Below, in pieces: positions 8,597 through 18,200 of a stretch of 36,535 nt of DNA. The notes under the pieces were generated by a model. The model worked only from the letters and a program-made list of their open reading frames with translations, was not told the origin of the DNA and did no database searches. The first letter of the stretch is position 1. Each line of letters starts with the position of its first letter. Source of the stretch: Candidatus Altiarchaeota archaeon. Lineage in GTDB: Archaea > Altiarchaeota > Altiarchaeia > IMC4 > SCGC-AAA252-I15. The position numbers and the translations under genes are program-made. Location: assembly GCA_043800705.1 (NCBI GenBank), contig JAZDMS010000027.1, forward strand, positions 1 to 36,535. Direction: 5' to 3'.

Positions 8597-9883
8597 ATGA
8601 AGATTAAGTCGGTCAAGGCAAGGGAAGTATTGGACTCAAGGGGTAACCCGACGGTTGAGGTGGATTTAGAGACGGTTGAAGGCATGTTCAGGGCGATGGT
8701 CCCATCCGGGGCGTCGACCGGATCCCACGAGGCCGTGGAACTGCGCGACGGCGACAAGTCCCGCTACAATGGCAAGGGCGTCCTGAAGGCCGTCGGCAAC
8801 GTGAACAATATCATCGCCCCGAAGGTTAAGGGATTCGACGTCACCGACCAGAAGGGGCTTGACAAGCTGCTCATCGAATTGGACGGGACCCCCAACAAGG
8901 GGATGCTCGGAGCCAACGCGATACTCGCAGTCAGCATGGCAGCATGCAAGGCAGCCTCCGACGCACTCGGCATGCCGCTTTACCGGCATATCGCTAAGCT
9001 CTCCAAGAGGGAGGGTGTGACTCTTCCAGTCCCTCAGCTGAACGTCATCAACGGCGGCAAGCACGCGGGGAAGGAGAACGACATACAGGAGAACATGTAC
9101 ATGCCGATCGGCGCGAAGACGTTCACCGAAGGGATCAGGATGGGGGCCGAGACATATCACACACTGAAAAAGATGCTCAAGGAAAAGTACGGCGTCCACG
9201 CGGTCCAGCTCGGCGACGAGGGCGGATTCGTCCCCCCCATCGACACCCCGCAGGAGCGCCTCGAGTTCATGATGAAGGCTGCGGAAGCCGCAGGCTACGG
9301 CAATGACATGGGGATCGCGTTGGATCCCGCCTCGTCGGAGTTCTACTACAAGGACGGCGGATATTACATGATCGGGCAGAAGAAGTATTCCCCTGCCGAG
9401 ATGGTCGACTTCTACGCCGACCTGTGCGGCACGTTCCCCATCGTGTCCATCGAGGACGGGATGGCGGAAGACGACTGGGACGGCTGGGTGCTCATGACAG
9501 AGAAGCTCGGCGGAAAGATCCAGATCACGGGCGACGACCTTCTGGTCACGAATGTGGAGCGGATCAAGATAGCGATAGAGAAGAACGCATGCAACGCCCT
9601 CCTTTTGAAGGTTAACCAGATCGGTTCAGTCACCGAATCGATAGACTCCGCGAACATGATGTACAAGAATGGAGGTTGCGTGACGGTCAGCCACAGATCG
9701 GGCGAGACCGAGGACAGCTTCATAGCCGACGTTGCAGTGGGTCTCGACACTGGCCAGATAAAGACCGGAGCCCCGGCCAGGAGCGAGAGGCTCGCAAAAT
9801 ACAACCAGCTTATCCGGATCGAGCAGGAGCTTGGCGGCAAGGCAGTCTACCCCGGCAGAGACTTCAGAAAAGCGGGCAAATAG
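8597..9883 (+). CDS. eno: Enolase (phosphopyruvate hydratase)
   Basis: DSRGNPTVEV, PSGASTG, GDEGGF, LLLKVNQIGS, SHRSGETED and RSERLAKYNQL. ATG at 8597; alternative GTG at 8588. Confidence 0.97.
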   Translation: MKIKSVKAREVLDSRGNPTVEVDLETVEGMFRAMVPSGASTGSHEAVELRDGDKSRYNGKGVLKAVGNVNNIIAPKVKGFDVTDQKGLDKLLIELDGTPNKGMLGANAILAVSMAACKAASDALGMPLYRHIAKLSKREGVTLPVPQLNVINGGKHAGKENDIQENMYMPIGAKTFTEGIRMGAETYHTLKKMLKEKYGVHAVQLGDEGGFVPPIDTPQERLEFMMKAAEAAGYGNDMGIALDPASSEFYYKDGGYYMIGQKKYSPAEMVDFYADLCGTFPIVSIEDGMAEDDWDGWVLMTEKLGGKIQITGDDLLVTNVERIKIAIEKNACNALLLKVNQIGSVTESIDSANMMYKNGGCVTVSHRSGETEDSFIADVAVGLDTGQIKTGAPARSERLAKYNQLIRIEQELGGKAVYPGRDFRKAGK

Positions 9884-9925
9884 CGTCTCAGGAGGCGGTT
9901 TTTATCCGCCTCTACCATATTTTTC

Positions 9926-11896
9926 TTAGTTGACGCGGAATGCTATGAGGGCCTTTGTCCTCCACGATGTGGCGAATAGTTTGGAGTCCTCCAGGCTCTT
10001 AAGGTTTTTCGCGAATCCCTTCTGGCATTCCGCCTCCGTCCTGTTGGCCTCCATGTAGCAGTGCCTTATGCAGCTGGAGTCGAAGAGCGCCCACTCATAT
10101 CCCCTGCTCTTCAGGAGTGTGTGCAGTTTTTTCGGATCGATGTCGTACCCGATCTTTCTGGAATCGACGATCTCCTTGTCCCATGGGAGGCTGGAGCGGT
10201 CCAACCCTATGACGAACTTGTCAGGGAGGCAGTACGTGTACACCTGCGTATTTTGGGGGACGCCCAGGACCCTGAGGTAGTCTATGTAATTCTCCCCAAG
10301 CTCGGCCTGCAGGTCTGTCGGCCAGACGCTCAGCTGCACCTGGGCCTTGGGGACGAGGGAGAACAGGACGAGGCCGCCCAGGAATGCGGCGACGACGTAT
10401 TTGGCGTGTTTTTTCCGGATCCATCTCAGGTCGCCGACGTGGGCGAGCATGTATCCGGAGACGATGGCGAGGGGTATCGCGACGATGCCCCAGAACCTGG
10501 TGGGGTGTATTGAGAAGCTCATGTTCCCGGAAAGGAGTGCGAACGAGGTGATGATCAGCCAGCCGAAGGCGGCTGCCAGGAACGGGTTGTCCTTTGCGAA
10601 CCTCAAGGCGCCCCTTCTGAGCGCCAGGTCCATGCAAAGGAGCGCCAGGATGACGGCGAAGATGCCAAGGCCTTCGTGCATGAACAGGTCTCCGTGCGAC
10701 TCTGGGAAAAGGATTTGTGCCATAGTCGGCAGCTTCAGGGGGTCAACTCCAACCTTTGTGGAGCCTTCGAGGATGCTCTTGCCTATGTCCGCCATCTCGC
10801 TGTCATGGTTCTCGGATTCCAGGAGGACAGGGACCCAGTAGACCATAGAAAGCGCCAGTCCGGCTGCGCCGACCGCTACGAGCGTTTTTATCTCCCTCCT
10901 GTCGGCGTAGGCTCTGGCTAGGAGGAAGACCGCGTAGAAGATGCCCATGATAGCGGACATCAGAGGCTGTATGAGGAGGCTCGATGCGAGGATTATCGCT
11001 GTAAGCACTCCCCAGGACCTGTCCTCCCTTATCCTGTCTGCGGCATAGAAAACGGGGAACAGGACGAGCGCGGAAAGGGTGTGGGCCCATATGCTGTGGC
11101 TTCCGAATGACGGTAGCATGAATAGTATAGCCGCAGCCAGGATTCCCGCCTTGGCGTCGCCTGTCACCCTTTTTACTGTGAAGTAGGCGAACAGGTAGGT
11201 CAGTCCGACAAGCAGGCTGTTGAAGGCCTTAAGGGTCCATGAGACCGAGCCGTTAAGCTGGTTTATCAGGCCAAGGAGGGCGTCGTATGCCGGGGGGTAG
11301 GGCTTCAGGTAATGCGCCACATAGACTCCCTGGGGCGGGGTGTAGGTCCCCTGGGTCGAGACGTATTTGACTCCCGCCGCATGTTCCCACGGGTCGCCGT
11401 CTTCCAGGTATGCGTACCTGTATGAGCCGACCAAGGCTAGGGAGAATGCAATCACGAAAATCAGCACCGCGGCAGCGGAGTAGGTGTCAGGCTTGAAAGC
11501 CCTGAGGCGCGCCTTCCCAAGTCGCGGCATCTCCTCCCGCATCAGGAGATCATAGGCCGGCCTGATGGCGGAAAGGACAAGGGGTATGTACCACCTGAGC
11601 GGGGCGTGGGCGCTTTCCATCAGGATGAAAAGGAGCGGCAGAGCGGATATCCCCAATCCTATCCTCATCGACACGAGCTCCACCATGTCGCCGGTTTTGA
11701 AGTAGTCCTTCGTCAGCGAATAACCAGTAAGATAAGATAGCACGATGAAATATGCCAGGCTAACGATCATCTCCTGATAGGATGCGGTGAACAGGACAGG
11801 GACTGCGAAGTATGCTGCGAAGAATATGGCAAAAGCTGCCACGATCAAATATGCGCCAAAGTCGAGCTTGCCAGCAATCCTTCTCTTGGCTCGCAT
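9926..11896 (-). CDS. Polytopic GT-C-fold glycosyltransferase-like membrane protein
   Basis: More than 12 TM segments, acidic loop EDGDPWEH, YPP motif and a soluble C-terminal domain. Confidence 0.7.
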   Translation of the reverse strand: MRAKRRIAGKLDFGAYLIVAAFAIFFAAYFAVPVLFTASYQEMIVSLAYFIVLSYLTGYSLTKDYFKTGDMVELVSMRIGLGISALPLLFILMESAHAPLRWYIPLVLSAIRPAYDLLMREEMPRLGKARLRAFKPDTYSAAAVLIFVIAFSLALVGSYRYAYLEDGDPWEHAAGVKYVSTQGTYTPPQGVYVAHYLKPYPPAYDALLGLINQLNGSVSWTLKAFNSLLVGLTYLFAYFTVKRVTGDAKAGILAAAILFMLPSFGSHSIWAHTLSALVLFPVFYAADRIREDRSWGVLTAIILASSLLIQPLMSAIMGIFYAVFLLARAYADRREIKTLVAVGAAGLALSMVYWVPVLLESENHDSEMADIGKSILEGSTKVGVDPLKLPTMAQILFPESHGDLFMHEGLGIFAVILALLCMDLALRRGALRFAKDNPFLAAAFGWLIITSFALLSGNMSFSIHPTRFWGIVAIPLAIVSGYMLAHVGDLRWIRKKHAKYVVAAFLGGLVLFSLVPKAQVQLSVWPTDLQAELGENYIDYLRVLGVPQNTQVYTYCLPDKFVIGLDRSSLPWDKEIVDSRKIGYDIDPKKLHTLLKSRGYEWALFDSSCIRHCYMEANRTEAECQKGFAKNLKSLEDSKLFATSWRTKALIAFRVN

Positions 11897-11921
11897 GGTA
11901 AATTGCTTCGCCTGAATGTTC

Positions 11922-12620
11922 TTATCTGCGTCCGCCCCCTCTTCTGCGGTTCTTCTGCCTCTTGAGCTTCGCCCTCTCCTGCAGGAGGATGAGGTACGGC
12001 TGCGGTTCGGCCTTGCTGATATAGTCCTCGAGCTTCTGCTCGAAGATGTCGATCCCGCGCAGCCTCAGGATCTCGCGGGTCAGTATCCAATATATCAGCG
12101 CCAGGGCGTTCTTGCCCTTGTTGTTGCTCGGGATTATGAAATCGATGTCCTTTACCCTAGTGTTCGTGTCGCAGATGGCGAGGATCGTCAGGCCGGCCTC
12201 CTTGGCCTCGTTGACCGCCTGCTGGTCAGCGGTCGGGTCGGTCACTATCAGGAGCTTCGGCTCCTTGTAGTCCTCGATGTTGGGGTTTGTGAGCGTGCCT
12301 GAGACGAACCTGTCATCCATGTACATGAATCCGAGGGCCTGGGCGAACCTCTTAGTCGGAGTCCTGCCGTAGACGCGGTTGGATACGACCAGGACGTCCT
12401 CCGGCTTGTAGTATGCTATGAATTTGGCGGCCAGGCGGAGCCTTTCGTCGATCTTCTGGACGTCGAAGACGCAAAGCTTGTCAGGCCTTATCTTGTATAT
12501 GAAAGGCCTCATGTCGGCTGACTTGTATTTCAGCCCGACGTGCACTCCGTTGGATAGGTAGTCGTCTAGCGACATCAACAGCTTCTCCCCTGCCTCTTGC
12601 GTCTGGTCCTGTTCGTTCAT
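11922..12620 (-). CDS. rps2: 30S ribosomal protein S2 (uS2)
   Basis: [27 protein letters not shown] and IPSNNKG. Confidence 0.96.
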   Translation of the reverse strand: MNEQDQTQEAGEKLLMSLDDYLSNGVHVGLKYKSADMRPFIYKIRPDKLCVFDVQKIDERLRLAAKFIAYYKPEDVLVVSNRVYGRTPTKRFAQALGFMYMDDRFVSGTLTNPNIEDYKEPKLLIVTDPTADQQAVNEAKEAGLTILAICDTNTRVKDIDFIIPSNNKGKNALALIYWILTREILRLRGIDIFEQKLEDYISKAEPQPYLILLQERAKLKRQKNRRRGGGRR

Positions 12621-12784
12621 CTTCTCTTCACTGTAATCGGTATGGCGTTCTTTTCGAATTCCAACTTCGCGATGTCAAGGGCCGAAATGTCAGACTTTAC
12701 GTGCACCAGTATCGGTGCTCCCATCTTGATCTGCAGCGCCCTCGCACCTATGATCCTGGCCTTCTCGAACCGCTCGTATTCCAC
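12617..12784 (-). CDS. rpoK: DNA-directed RNA polymerase subunit K (Rpo6); not in the ORF track
   Basis: GTG start. [27 protein letters not shown]...IPITVKRR*, 55 aa. The TGA stop overlaps the rps2 ATG. Confidence 0.95.
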   Translation of the reverse strand: MEYERFEKARIIGARALQIKMGAPILVHVKSDISALDIAKLEFEKNAIPITVKRR

Positions 12785-12786
12785 AG

Positions 12787-12984
12787 TTAAAACCTCTTGT
12801 ATTTCATGACCTCGTCGATGACGTCGCTGTGTGATATGAACATGCGCCTGCAGCAGTATCTCATGTGGCGAAGAGAGTCCAAGACCTTGTCTGATGCCTC
12901 TCCCTTCCCGGTCCTTTCTATGTATTCCTCCCAGTCTTGTGCGACCGGTTTTCCGCAGCTGAAACAGCGCACTGGAATTATCAT
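12787..12984 (-). CDS. rpoN: DNA-directed RNA polymerase subunit N (Rpo10)
   Basis: [12 protein letters not shown]...RYCCRRM. Confidence 0.97.
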   Translation of the reverse strand: MIIPVRCFSCGKPVAQDWEEYIERTGKGEASDKVLDSLRHMRYCCRRMFISHSDVIDEVMKYKRF

Positions 12985-12988
12985 CCTT

Positions 12989-13399
12989 TCACCTGTATGA
13001 TTTCTGCCTCTTGTGCCTTGGTCCCTTGCTGGACTGGCTTGGCTTGTGGACCTCGGTCTGCCTGTGGTCCCCTGCTATGAGCGTTCTTTCGTATTTGACG
13101 TATATGTCGTGGAGCGTGTCGTTTTCCGTGTGTTCGACGAGGCCTCTTGCGAGCGCCGAAGCGATAGCGTCGGCCTGGCCCATGACTCCTCCGCCGTTGA
13201 CCGTCACGTCAATGTTCAGGGATTTGAGGTCGACGATGCCGTCTGCAAGGAGGAATACCTGGTTTATCCTCTCTCTGGCGAGCCTAGGGGTGTAGTTATC
13301 GAACAGCTGAGAGTTCACCCTGACGATGCCGTTTCCTGGGCCTATGATCGCCCTAGCGATCGCCTCCTTCCTCTTGCCTGAGATTATTGTCTGAGCCAT
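12989..13399 (-). CDS. rps9: 30S ribosomal protein S9 (uS9)
   Basis: GKRKEAIARA, GGGVMGQA and C-terminal QKSYR. Confidence 0.96.
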   Translation of the reverse strand: MAQTIISGKRKEAIARAIIGPGNGIVRVNSQLFDNYTPRLARERINQVFLLADGIVDLKSLNIDVTVNGGGVMGQADAIASALARGLVEHTENDTLHDIYVKYERTLIAGDHRQTEVHKPSQSSKGPRHKRQKSYR

Positions 13400-13400
13400 A

Positions 13401-13829
13401 TTACCAACTTCCTCCGATGAAACTGCATATTTCGCCGACTGTTACCTTCCTCCTGAGCTTCTTCGCCGGCGCCTTCTTCTTCGGCACGGTTATCTTCATC
13501 TCCGTGAGTATCTCGGGGACTCCGATGTAGGCCCTGACCCTCTTGTACGCCTCCCTGCCCCTCGTCTTCTTCCACGGGAGCATGCCCCTGACCGCCCTTC
13601 GTACGTACAGGTCGGGGCGTTTGGCGTGGTACGGGCCCTTGTTGACGTTGCCCTTGTTCTTCAGCGTGAGTTTCTGGAGGTTCTGCGCGAAGACCATCTT
13701 CATGTCGCCGGACACGTAGGCCTTTTCGGCGTTCACTATGACGACTTCCTCGCCCATGAGGGCGCTCTTTGCGGCCTGGGACGCGACACGCCCCAAAACC
13801 TCCCTTTCTGCGTCGTATACTGTTGTCAC
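13401..13829 (-). CDS. rpl13: 50S ribosomal protein L13 (uL13)
   Basis: VLGRVAS..AK, IVNAEKA and RRAVRGMLP. Confidence 0.96.
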   Translation of the reverse strand: MTTVYDAEREVLGRVASQAAKSALMGEEVVIVNAEKAYVSGDMKMVFAQNLQKLTLKNKGNVNKGPYHAKRPDLYVRRAVRGMLPWKKTRGREAYKRVRAYIGVPEILTEMKITVPKKKAPAKKLRRKVTVGEICSFIGGSW

Positions 13830-13834
13830 TTTGC

Positions 13835-14200
13835 TTAACCCATCAGCTTGATCTTGCTCCCTTTCGGATTTTTCTTGGCCAATTCGATGATGCTCATCGT
13901 CTTCCCGCCGGCCTCTTTGATCTTCTTCTCGGCCCCTTCGGTGAACCTGTAAGCGGCGACCTCGACCTTGTGGCCCAGTATGCCGTCTCCGAGGACCTTA
14001 CCGGGGACGACAATGACGTCGCCTTCGCCGGAGTACTTTGCGATCTTGTGAATATTGACTTCCCTGCGGTTCCTCCTGACCCTCGAAAGTTCGCCTGCGA
14101 CTGTAGACCAGATGCCGGACTCGTTCTCCTTCGAGACGCTCTCCAGCTCCCTGATCAGCTCCAGCCTTCCTGGATCCTTGAACCCGATTGTTCGCACCAT
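13835..14200 (-). CDS. rpl18e: 50S ribosomal protein L18e (eL18)
   Basis: EVNIHKI, IVVPGKVLGDG, KIKEAGG and NPKGS. Confidence 0.95.
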   Translation of the reverse strand: MVRTIGFKDPGRLELIRELESVSKENESGIWSTVAGELSRVRRNRREVNIHKIAKYSGEGDVIVVPGKVLGDGILGHKVEVAAYRFTEGAEKKIKEAGGKTMSIIELAKKNPKGSKIKLMG

Positions 14201-14220
14201 CGTGAACCTAACTGCCTATT

Positions 14221-14327
14221 TTTTTTTGTGCTTGTTTGTTGGGGCATAAGGGCCAGAAACCTACGGTTTCTCGCCCTTATCAACCCTGCTCTTCCCTTCG
14301 AGCATTTTTTTGTGATTGTTTGCGGGG
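14221..14327. repeat. Hairpin-rich insert flanked by ~18-bp direct repeats at the tRNA-Leu 3' end
   Basis: TTTTTTTGTG(C/A)TTGTTTG at 14221 and 14305. Inverted repeats at 14246-14280 and 14287-14304. Confidence 0.6.
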
Positions 14328-14404
14328 GACGAGCTTCGAACTCGCGCAGGCCTTGCCACACGGCCCTCAACCGTGCCCCTTTGACCGGACTCGGGCACCC
14401 CCGC
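14321..14404 (-). tRNA. tRNA-Leu(GAG), 84 nt, long variable arm
   Basis: GCGGGGG acceptor stem, CACGG-TT-GAG-GG-CCGTG anticodon arm, GTTCGAA T loop. Usual position between rpoD and rpl18e. Confidence 0.95.
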
Positions 14405-14417
14405 ATATAGGGAGTTG

Positions 14418-15029
14418 TTAATGCACTTTGTCCTTGACTTGCTTTATCTTGGCCTCAACCACATCGAACGCCGTCTTCACCAGCTCTTCGACCTGCAATG
14501 GACCGTATGATTCTACCATGACATGGTATGTGTCCTTGTCTTTGACCTCATATGCGGCTGTCCCGCCCTGCCACTTGATGTGCTCCCTGCCTGTGCCGAG
14601 CCTCGCCTCGGCCTCGATCTTGACATGCTGCTCCGGCCCGAGCTTCACGAGCGGGATCTTGTCAAAGACTGGCTTCACGCTCTCGTCCTTCGAGATGAGG
14701 TCGCCGGAGTACAGGGTCCTTGGGCCCGTGACGTCCATCGTCAGCAGGCAGACGCACCTTCCGCAGCCCTTGCCTTCGCATTTGCACTCCGACATGGGCA
14801 CGTACGTCTTGAGGTCGGTGGTCAGAGGGACCATGCCGAGCCTGTGAGCTAGGTTCTCGTCGTTCAGGATCGATGAGTTGTAGAGGAAAGTGACCTGCTC
14901 GATCGCTATCGTCGGGACCTGGGAAATGATCGTGCGCCTGAAAGCGTTCACAATCTTTACTTCGACCCCGCTTATGTCGAACGACAAAATGTTCCCGTCC
15001 TTTTCGAAGTTTGAGACCTTTACCGTCAT
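14418..15029 (-). CDS. rpoD: DNA-directed RNA polymerase subunit D (Rpo3)
   Basis: [41 protein letters not shown] and G.GREHIKW. ATG at 15029 overlaps the rps11 stop. Confidence 0.95.
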   Translation of the reverse strand: MTVKVSNFEKDGNILSFDISGVEVKIVNAFRRTIISQVPTIAIEQVTFLYNSSILNDENLAHRLGMVPLTTDLKTYVPMSECKCEGKGCGRCVCLLTMDVTGPRTLYSGDLISKDESVKPVFDKIPLVKLGPEQHVKIEAEARLGTGREHIKWQGGTAAYEVKDKDTYHVMVESYGPLQVEELVKTAFDVVEAKIKQVKDKVH

Positions 15030-15550
15030 ACCCTGCGCCCCCTCTTGCCGCCCTTCGGCCTGCACCCGTCATGGGGGATCGGCGTCACATCCTCGATGCG
15101 GCCGATCCTTATTCCGCTCCTTGATATCGCCCTGATGGCGGCCTGGGCTCCTTTTCCAGGATATCTCGGGCCGTTGTGGCCGCCTGGCGCCCTGACTTTT
15201 ATGTGGACCGACCCGTAACCCTTTTCCTTGAGGGCTTCGGCGACCTGTCCCGCAGCCTGCATGGCCGCATACGGCGATCCTTCTTCGCGGTCTGATTTAA
15301 CGATCATCCCGCCGGATTTGATCGAGATTGTCTCGGCGCCCGTTATGTCGGTCGCGTGAAGTATCGTGTTGTTTTTCGATGAGTAGAGGTTCAGCACGCC
15401 CCACAGGCCCATCTTCTTCGGCTTAGGCTTCTCCTCGACCTTCTGGGCCTTCTCAGCCACCGGCTCCGCGGCCTTAGGCTTCTCTGCGGGCTCATCCTTC
15501 TTGGATTCCGCTACTTCCTCATCCTGCTTCTTTGACTTCTTCTCTGGCAC
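15026..15550 (-). CDS. rps11: 30S ribosomal protein S11 (uS11) with charged N-terminal extension
   Basis: [17 protein letters not shown] and [18 protein letters not shown]. Start uncertain; GTG at 15550 chosen. Confidence 0.93.
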   Translation of the reverse strand: MPEKKSKKQDEEVAESKKDEPAEKPKAAEPVAEKAQKVEEKPKPKKMGLWGVLNLYSSKNNTILHATDITGAETISIKSGGMIVKSDREEGSPYAAMQAAGQVAEALKEKGYGSVHIKVRAPGGHNGPRYPGKGAQAAIRAISRSGIRIGRIEDVTPIPHDGCRPKGGKRGRRV

Positions 15551-16034
15551 TTTCCTGCACCTTCTGTAGTTCGTCAACCACTCTTACGGTGTCCTCCTCC
15601 TTGGCCAATACGATGTAGCTGGGGATGGTCACCTTGTGGGTGCCGACGTATATGTGATTGTGAACGATATACTGTCTCGCCTGCTTCGGCGTCGAGGCCA
15701 TGCCTTTCCTGAAGACGACGGATTCGAGCCTCCGCTCCAGGATTGCCGAGACGTCGAGTGCGAGGATGTCGTCGATAGATTCGACCTTGACGCCCCAGTT
15801 CCTCATCTTGTCCAGGAGCGCCTTCCTCTGAATGTCCGCCTTCTCGCCTTTCTGGGCCAGGAGCTTCTTCGCCCCGTCCCTAATCCTCGCGAGCCTGCTT
15901 TGGGCCTTCCAGAGCTCTGTTTTGTTTTTGAGGCCGAATTTCACGCAAATCTCCCTCTCGGCCGTAATCCTCTCCATCTGCCATGGGTGCGCAGGCCTAG
16001 TGTACTTCCTCCTTTGTTTGCGTGGTGTTCCCAT
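15519..16034 (-). CDS. rps4: 30S ribosomal protein S4 (uS4)
   Basis: [28 protein letters not shown] and [10 protein letters not shown]. Confidence 0.96.
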   Translation of the reverse strand: MGTPRKQRRKYTRPAHPWQMERITAEREICVKFGLKNKTELWKAQSRLARIRDGAKKLLAQKGEKADIQRKALLDKMRNWGVKVESIDDILALDVSAILERRLESVVFRKGMASTPKQARQYIVHNHIYVGTHKVTIPSYIVLAKEEDTVRVVDELQKVQESAREEVKEAG

Positions 16035-16036
16035 GT

Positions 16037-16645
16037 CTACTTACCTTTATCTTTACTCTTGCCTTCAGCGGGCTTCTGGGCTGCCATCGCCTTCTTGCGG
16101 CTGACACCCACGGTCGTGCCTGTCCTGAAAGATGAGCGCGTCCTCTGTCCGCGGACCGGCTGGCCGAGTATGTGCCTCATTCCGCGGTATGTCTTGATTT
16201 TCTTCTCGCGGTTTATGTCCTCCCTCCTTGTCATGTCCAGTTCGGGGCCCAGCTTGTGGAAGTCGACGCCTGTAACAAAATCCCTTCGCCTGTTGAGCAT
16301 CCATGCGGGCAGTAGCGTGTTGATGTTCTCCAACTTTTTCTCTATCTCGATTATCTCTGATTCATTGAGGTTTCCGACTTTCATATTTGCCGCGAAACCC
16401 AGCGGAAGAAGGATGGACTCTGCTATCCTCGGGCCTATCCCGTTGATTTTCATTAGCGCCTTAGGAATCGTCAGCGTTCCCGGAACGACGACTCCTGCGA
16501 GCCTGACAAGGTGGACGAAGTTGGCGTCCTCAGCGGAGGCTAGCCCCTCCTGAGGCTTCTGCGGCGGCCCCTGAGGCTTCTGAACCTTCTGGGGAGGTTT
16601 TTTCAGCTTTTTCTTGCCTTTCTCTTCCTCTATCATTAACGGCAT
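16037..16645 (-). CDS. rps13: 30S ribosomal protein S13 (uS13) with K/P/Q-rich N-terminal extension
   Basis: AL.KINGIG, PAWMLNRR.D and YRGMRH..G.PVRGQRTRS. Start at 16645 or 16636; the ORF-track start lies inside the tRNA. Confidence 0.94.
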   Translation of the reverse strand: MPLMIEEEKGKKKLKKPPQKVQKPQGPPQKPQEGLASAEDANFVHLVRLAGVVVPGTLTIPKALMKINGIGPRIAESILLPLGFAANMKVGNLNESEIIEIEKKLENINTLLPAWMLNRRRDFVTGVDFHKLGPELDMTRREDINREKKIKTYRGMRHILGQPVRGQRTRSSFRTGTTVGVSRKKAMAAQKPAEGKSKDKGK

Positions 16646-16677
16646 TTTAGCGTGATCCTCTTCCCTGGTAAAAATTT

Positions 16678-16782
16678 CGCCGAGGGTGAGATTCGAACTC
16701 ATGCGTCCCGTAGGGGACACGGGCTTACTCGTCTATATGGATTTCAAGGCCCGCGCATTAAACCGGACTCTGCCACCTCGGC
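16678..16782 (-). tRNA. tRNA-Ser(TGA) with 17-nt intron at 37/38 (16726-16742)
   Basis: GCCGAGG/CCTCGGC acceptor stem, G discriminator, CGGGC-CT-TGA-A^intron^A-GCCCG, long variable arm. BHB helix CUUG/CGAG. Confidence 0.93.
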
Positions 16783-16918
16783 ATCCTGAAAGATCTATGT
16801 TTGACGCTTTTTTTCAGCCACCAAACAACGGTCGTCAAGGGCGGTTAGCCCGACTATACCGTCCCGGAGGACGGCGGGTCGTGTCACCATATATAGACTG
16901 TCAGCCTATATAACCACT

Positions 16919-17545
16919 ATGATTCTTGGCCTTCAGAGTTTATCCATGGACTCCAACGCATACCTCGTCATCGGAGACAGGGCCTGCGTCGTCGATCCTG
17001 GAATCAACCCCGCAAGGGTGCTGAATCACAGTCGTGACTATAATATACGCATGAAGGTCTTAATAAACACCCATTGCCACTTCGACCACGTCGGAGCCAA
17101 TCCCGATATACTGAAAAGCGGGGAAATCGCCGCATACTGCCATGAATCCGAGGCTTCGGTCTACGAGAGAGGCGACGGCAGCATGCAGCTGGCGGGCCAT
17201 TTCGGCAAACAGCCCGTCAAACACCAGATCGACAGGGCCCTCTCCGGCGGAGACATCGTCGACCTCGGCGGACTGATGCTCGAGGTCCTGCACACCCCCG
17301 GCCACACCCCCGGCTGCATCTGCCTCTTCGAGCCCGACAGCGGAACGCTCATCACCGGCGACACGGTGTTCGCGGACGGAGTCGGCAGGACGGACTTCAA
17401 GGGCGGAAGCATCGACGACCTCGAAGAATCGTTGAAGCGGCTTGCGAAGTTCGTTGAAGAAAGAAACGTGAAAAGAATACTCCCCGGCCACGGGCCGGAA
17501 GGCACAGGCGACGACGTAGCCGAAGCGCTCGAATCATTTTTCTAG
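16919..17545 (+). CDS. Metallo-beta-lactamase-fold hydrolase (glyoxalase II-like)
   Basis: THCHFDHVG, TPGHT.G, TGDT and PGHG. Confidence 0.92.
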   Translation: MILGLQSLSMDSNAYLVIGDRACVVDPGINPARVLNHSRDYNIRMKVLINTHCHFDHVGANPDILKSGEIAAYCHESEASVYERGDGSMQLAGHFGKQPVKHQIDRALSGGDIVDLGGLMLEVLHTPGHTPGCICLFEPDSGTLITGDTVFADGVGRTDFKGGSIDDLEESLKRLAKFVEERNVKRILPGHGPEGTGDDVAEALESFF

Positions 17546-17552
17546 GTGCACT

Positions 17553-18200
17553 ATGCTGAATGCAGTCCTCTTCGACCTCGACGGCGTGCTCGTGGATTCG
17601 GAGAGCATCTCCAGCGAGGCGTCGGACAAGGTCCTTGCCGAATTCGGCATAGTCCAGACCCCTGCGGAGAAGAAGCTCGTCTTCGGAAGAAGGACCTACG
17701 ACAACTATAAGGCGGCGATAGATGCGAGAGGATTGAAGATCGACCCGCAGGACATCGTCGACCGGAAGATGGTTGTTTTCACGAAGATGATAAAAGGCCG
17801 GCTGAAGCCTCTCCCCGGTGTCCTTAGGCTCCTTGGCCAGCTGAAGGACGCAGGCATCAAAGTCGCGGTCGTCTCTTCGAGCCCCCTTGAGCGGGTGAAC
17901 GCCAGCCTCGGAGAGGTAGGCCTAATACTCGGATTCGACATCATCGTATCCGGCGACTGCTGCGTCCTGGGGAAGCCGCACCCGGAGCCGTTTCTGGTGG
18001 CTGCCGAAAAAGTGGGCGTGCGTCCTTCAAACTGCGTCGTCGTCGAGGACGCCGAGGCCGGTATTCTCGCAGGCAAGGCTGCGGGCATGAAGGTTGTCGG
18101 GCTCAGGAGCCCGAATACGCACGGCCAGGACCTGAGCAAAGCCGATGCGATTGTCTACTCGCTGGAGGAGATCGACGTGAAATTCCTCCGGAGATTATGA
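17553..18200 (+). CDS. HAD-superfamily phosphatase (beta-PGM/CbbY-like, subfamily IA)
   Basis: FDLDGVLVDS, KPHPE and VEDAEAG. Confidence 0.92.
   Translation: MLNAVLFDLDGVLVDSESISSEASDKVLAEFGIVQTPAEKKLVFGRRTYDNYKAAIDARGLKIDPQDIVDRKMVVFTKMIKGRLKPLPGVLRLLGQLKDAGIKVAVVSSSPLERVNASLGEVGLILGFDIIVSGDCCVLGKPHPEPFLVAAEKVGVRPSNCVVVEDAEAGILAGKAAGMKVVGLRSPNTHGQDLSKADAIVYSLEEIDVKFLRRL

Noticed and set aside
16744-16746. TGA/TCA triplet as a selenocysteine or suppressor tRNA
   Set aside because: On the coding strand the anticodon is UGA (reading UCA, Ser), with normal tRNA-Ser features.
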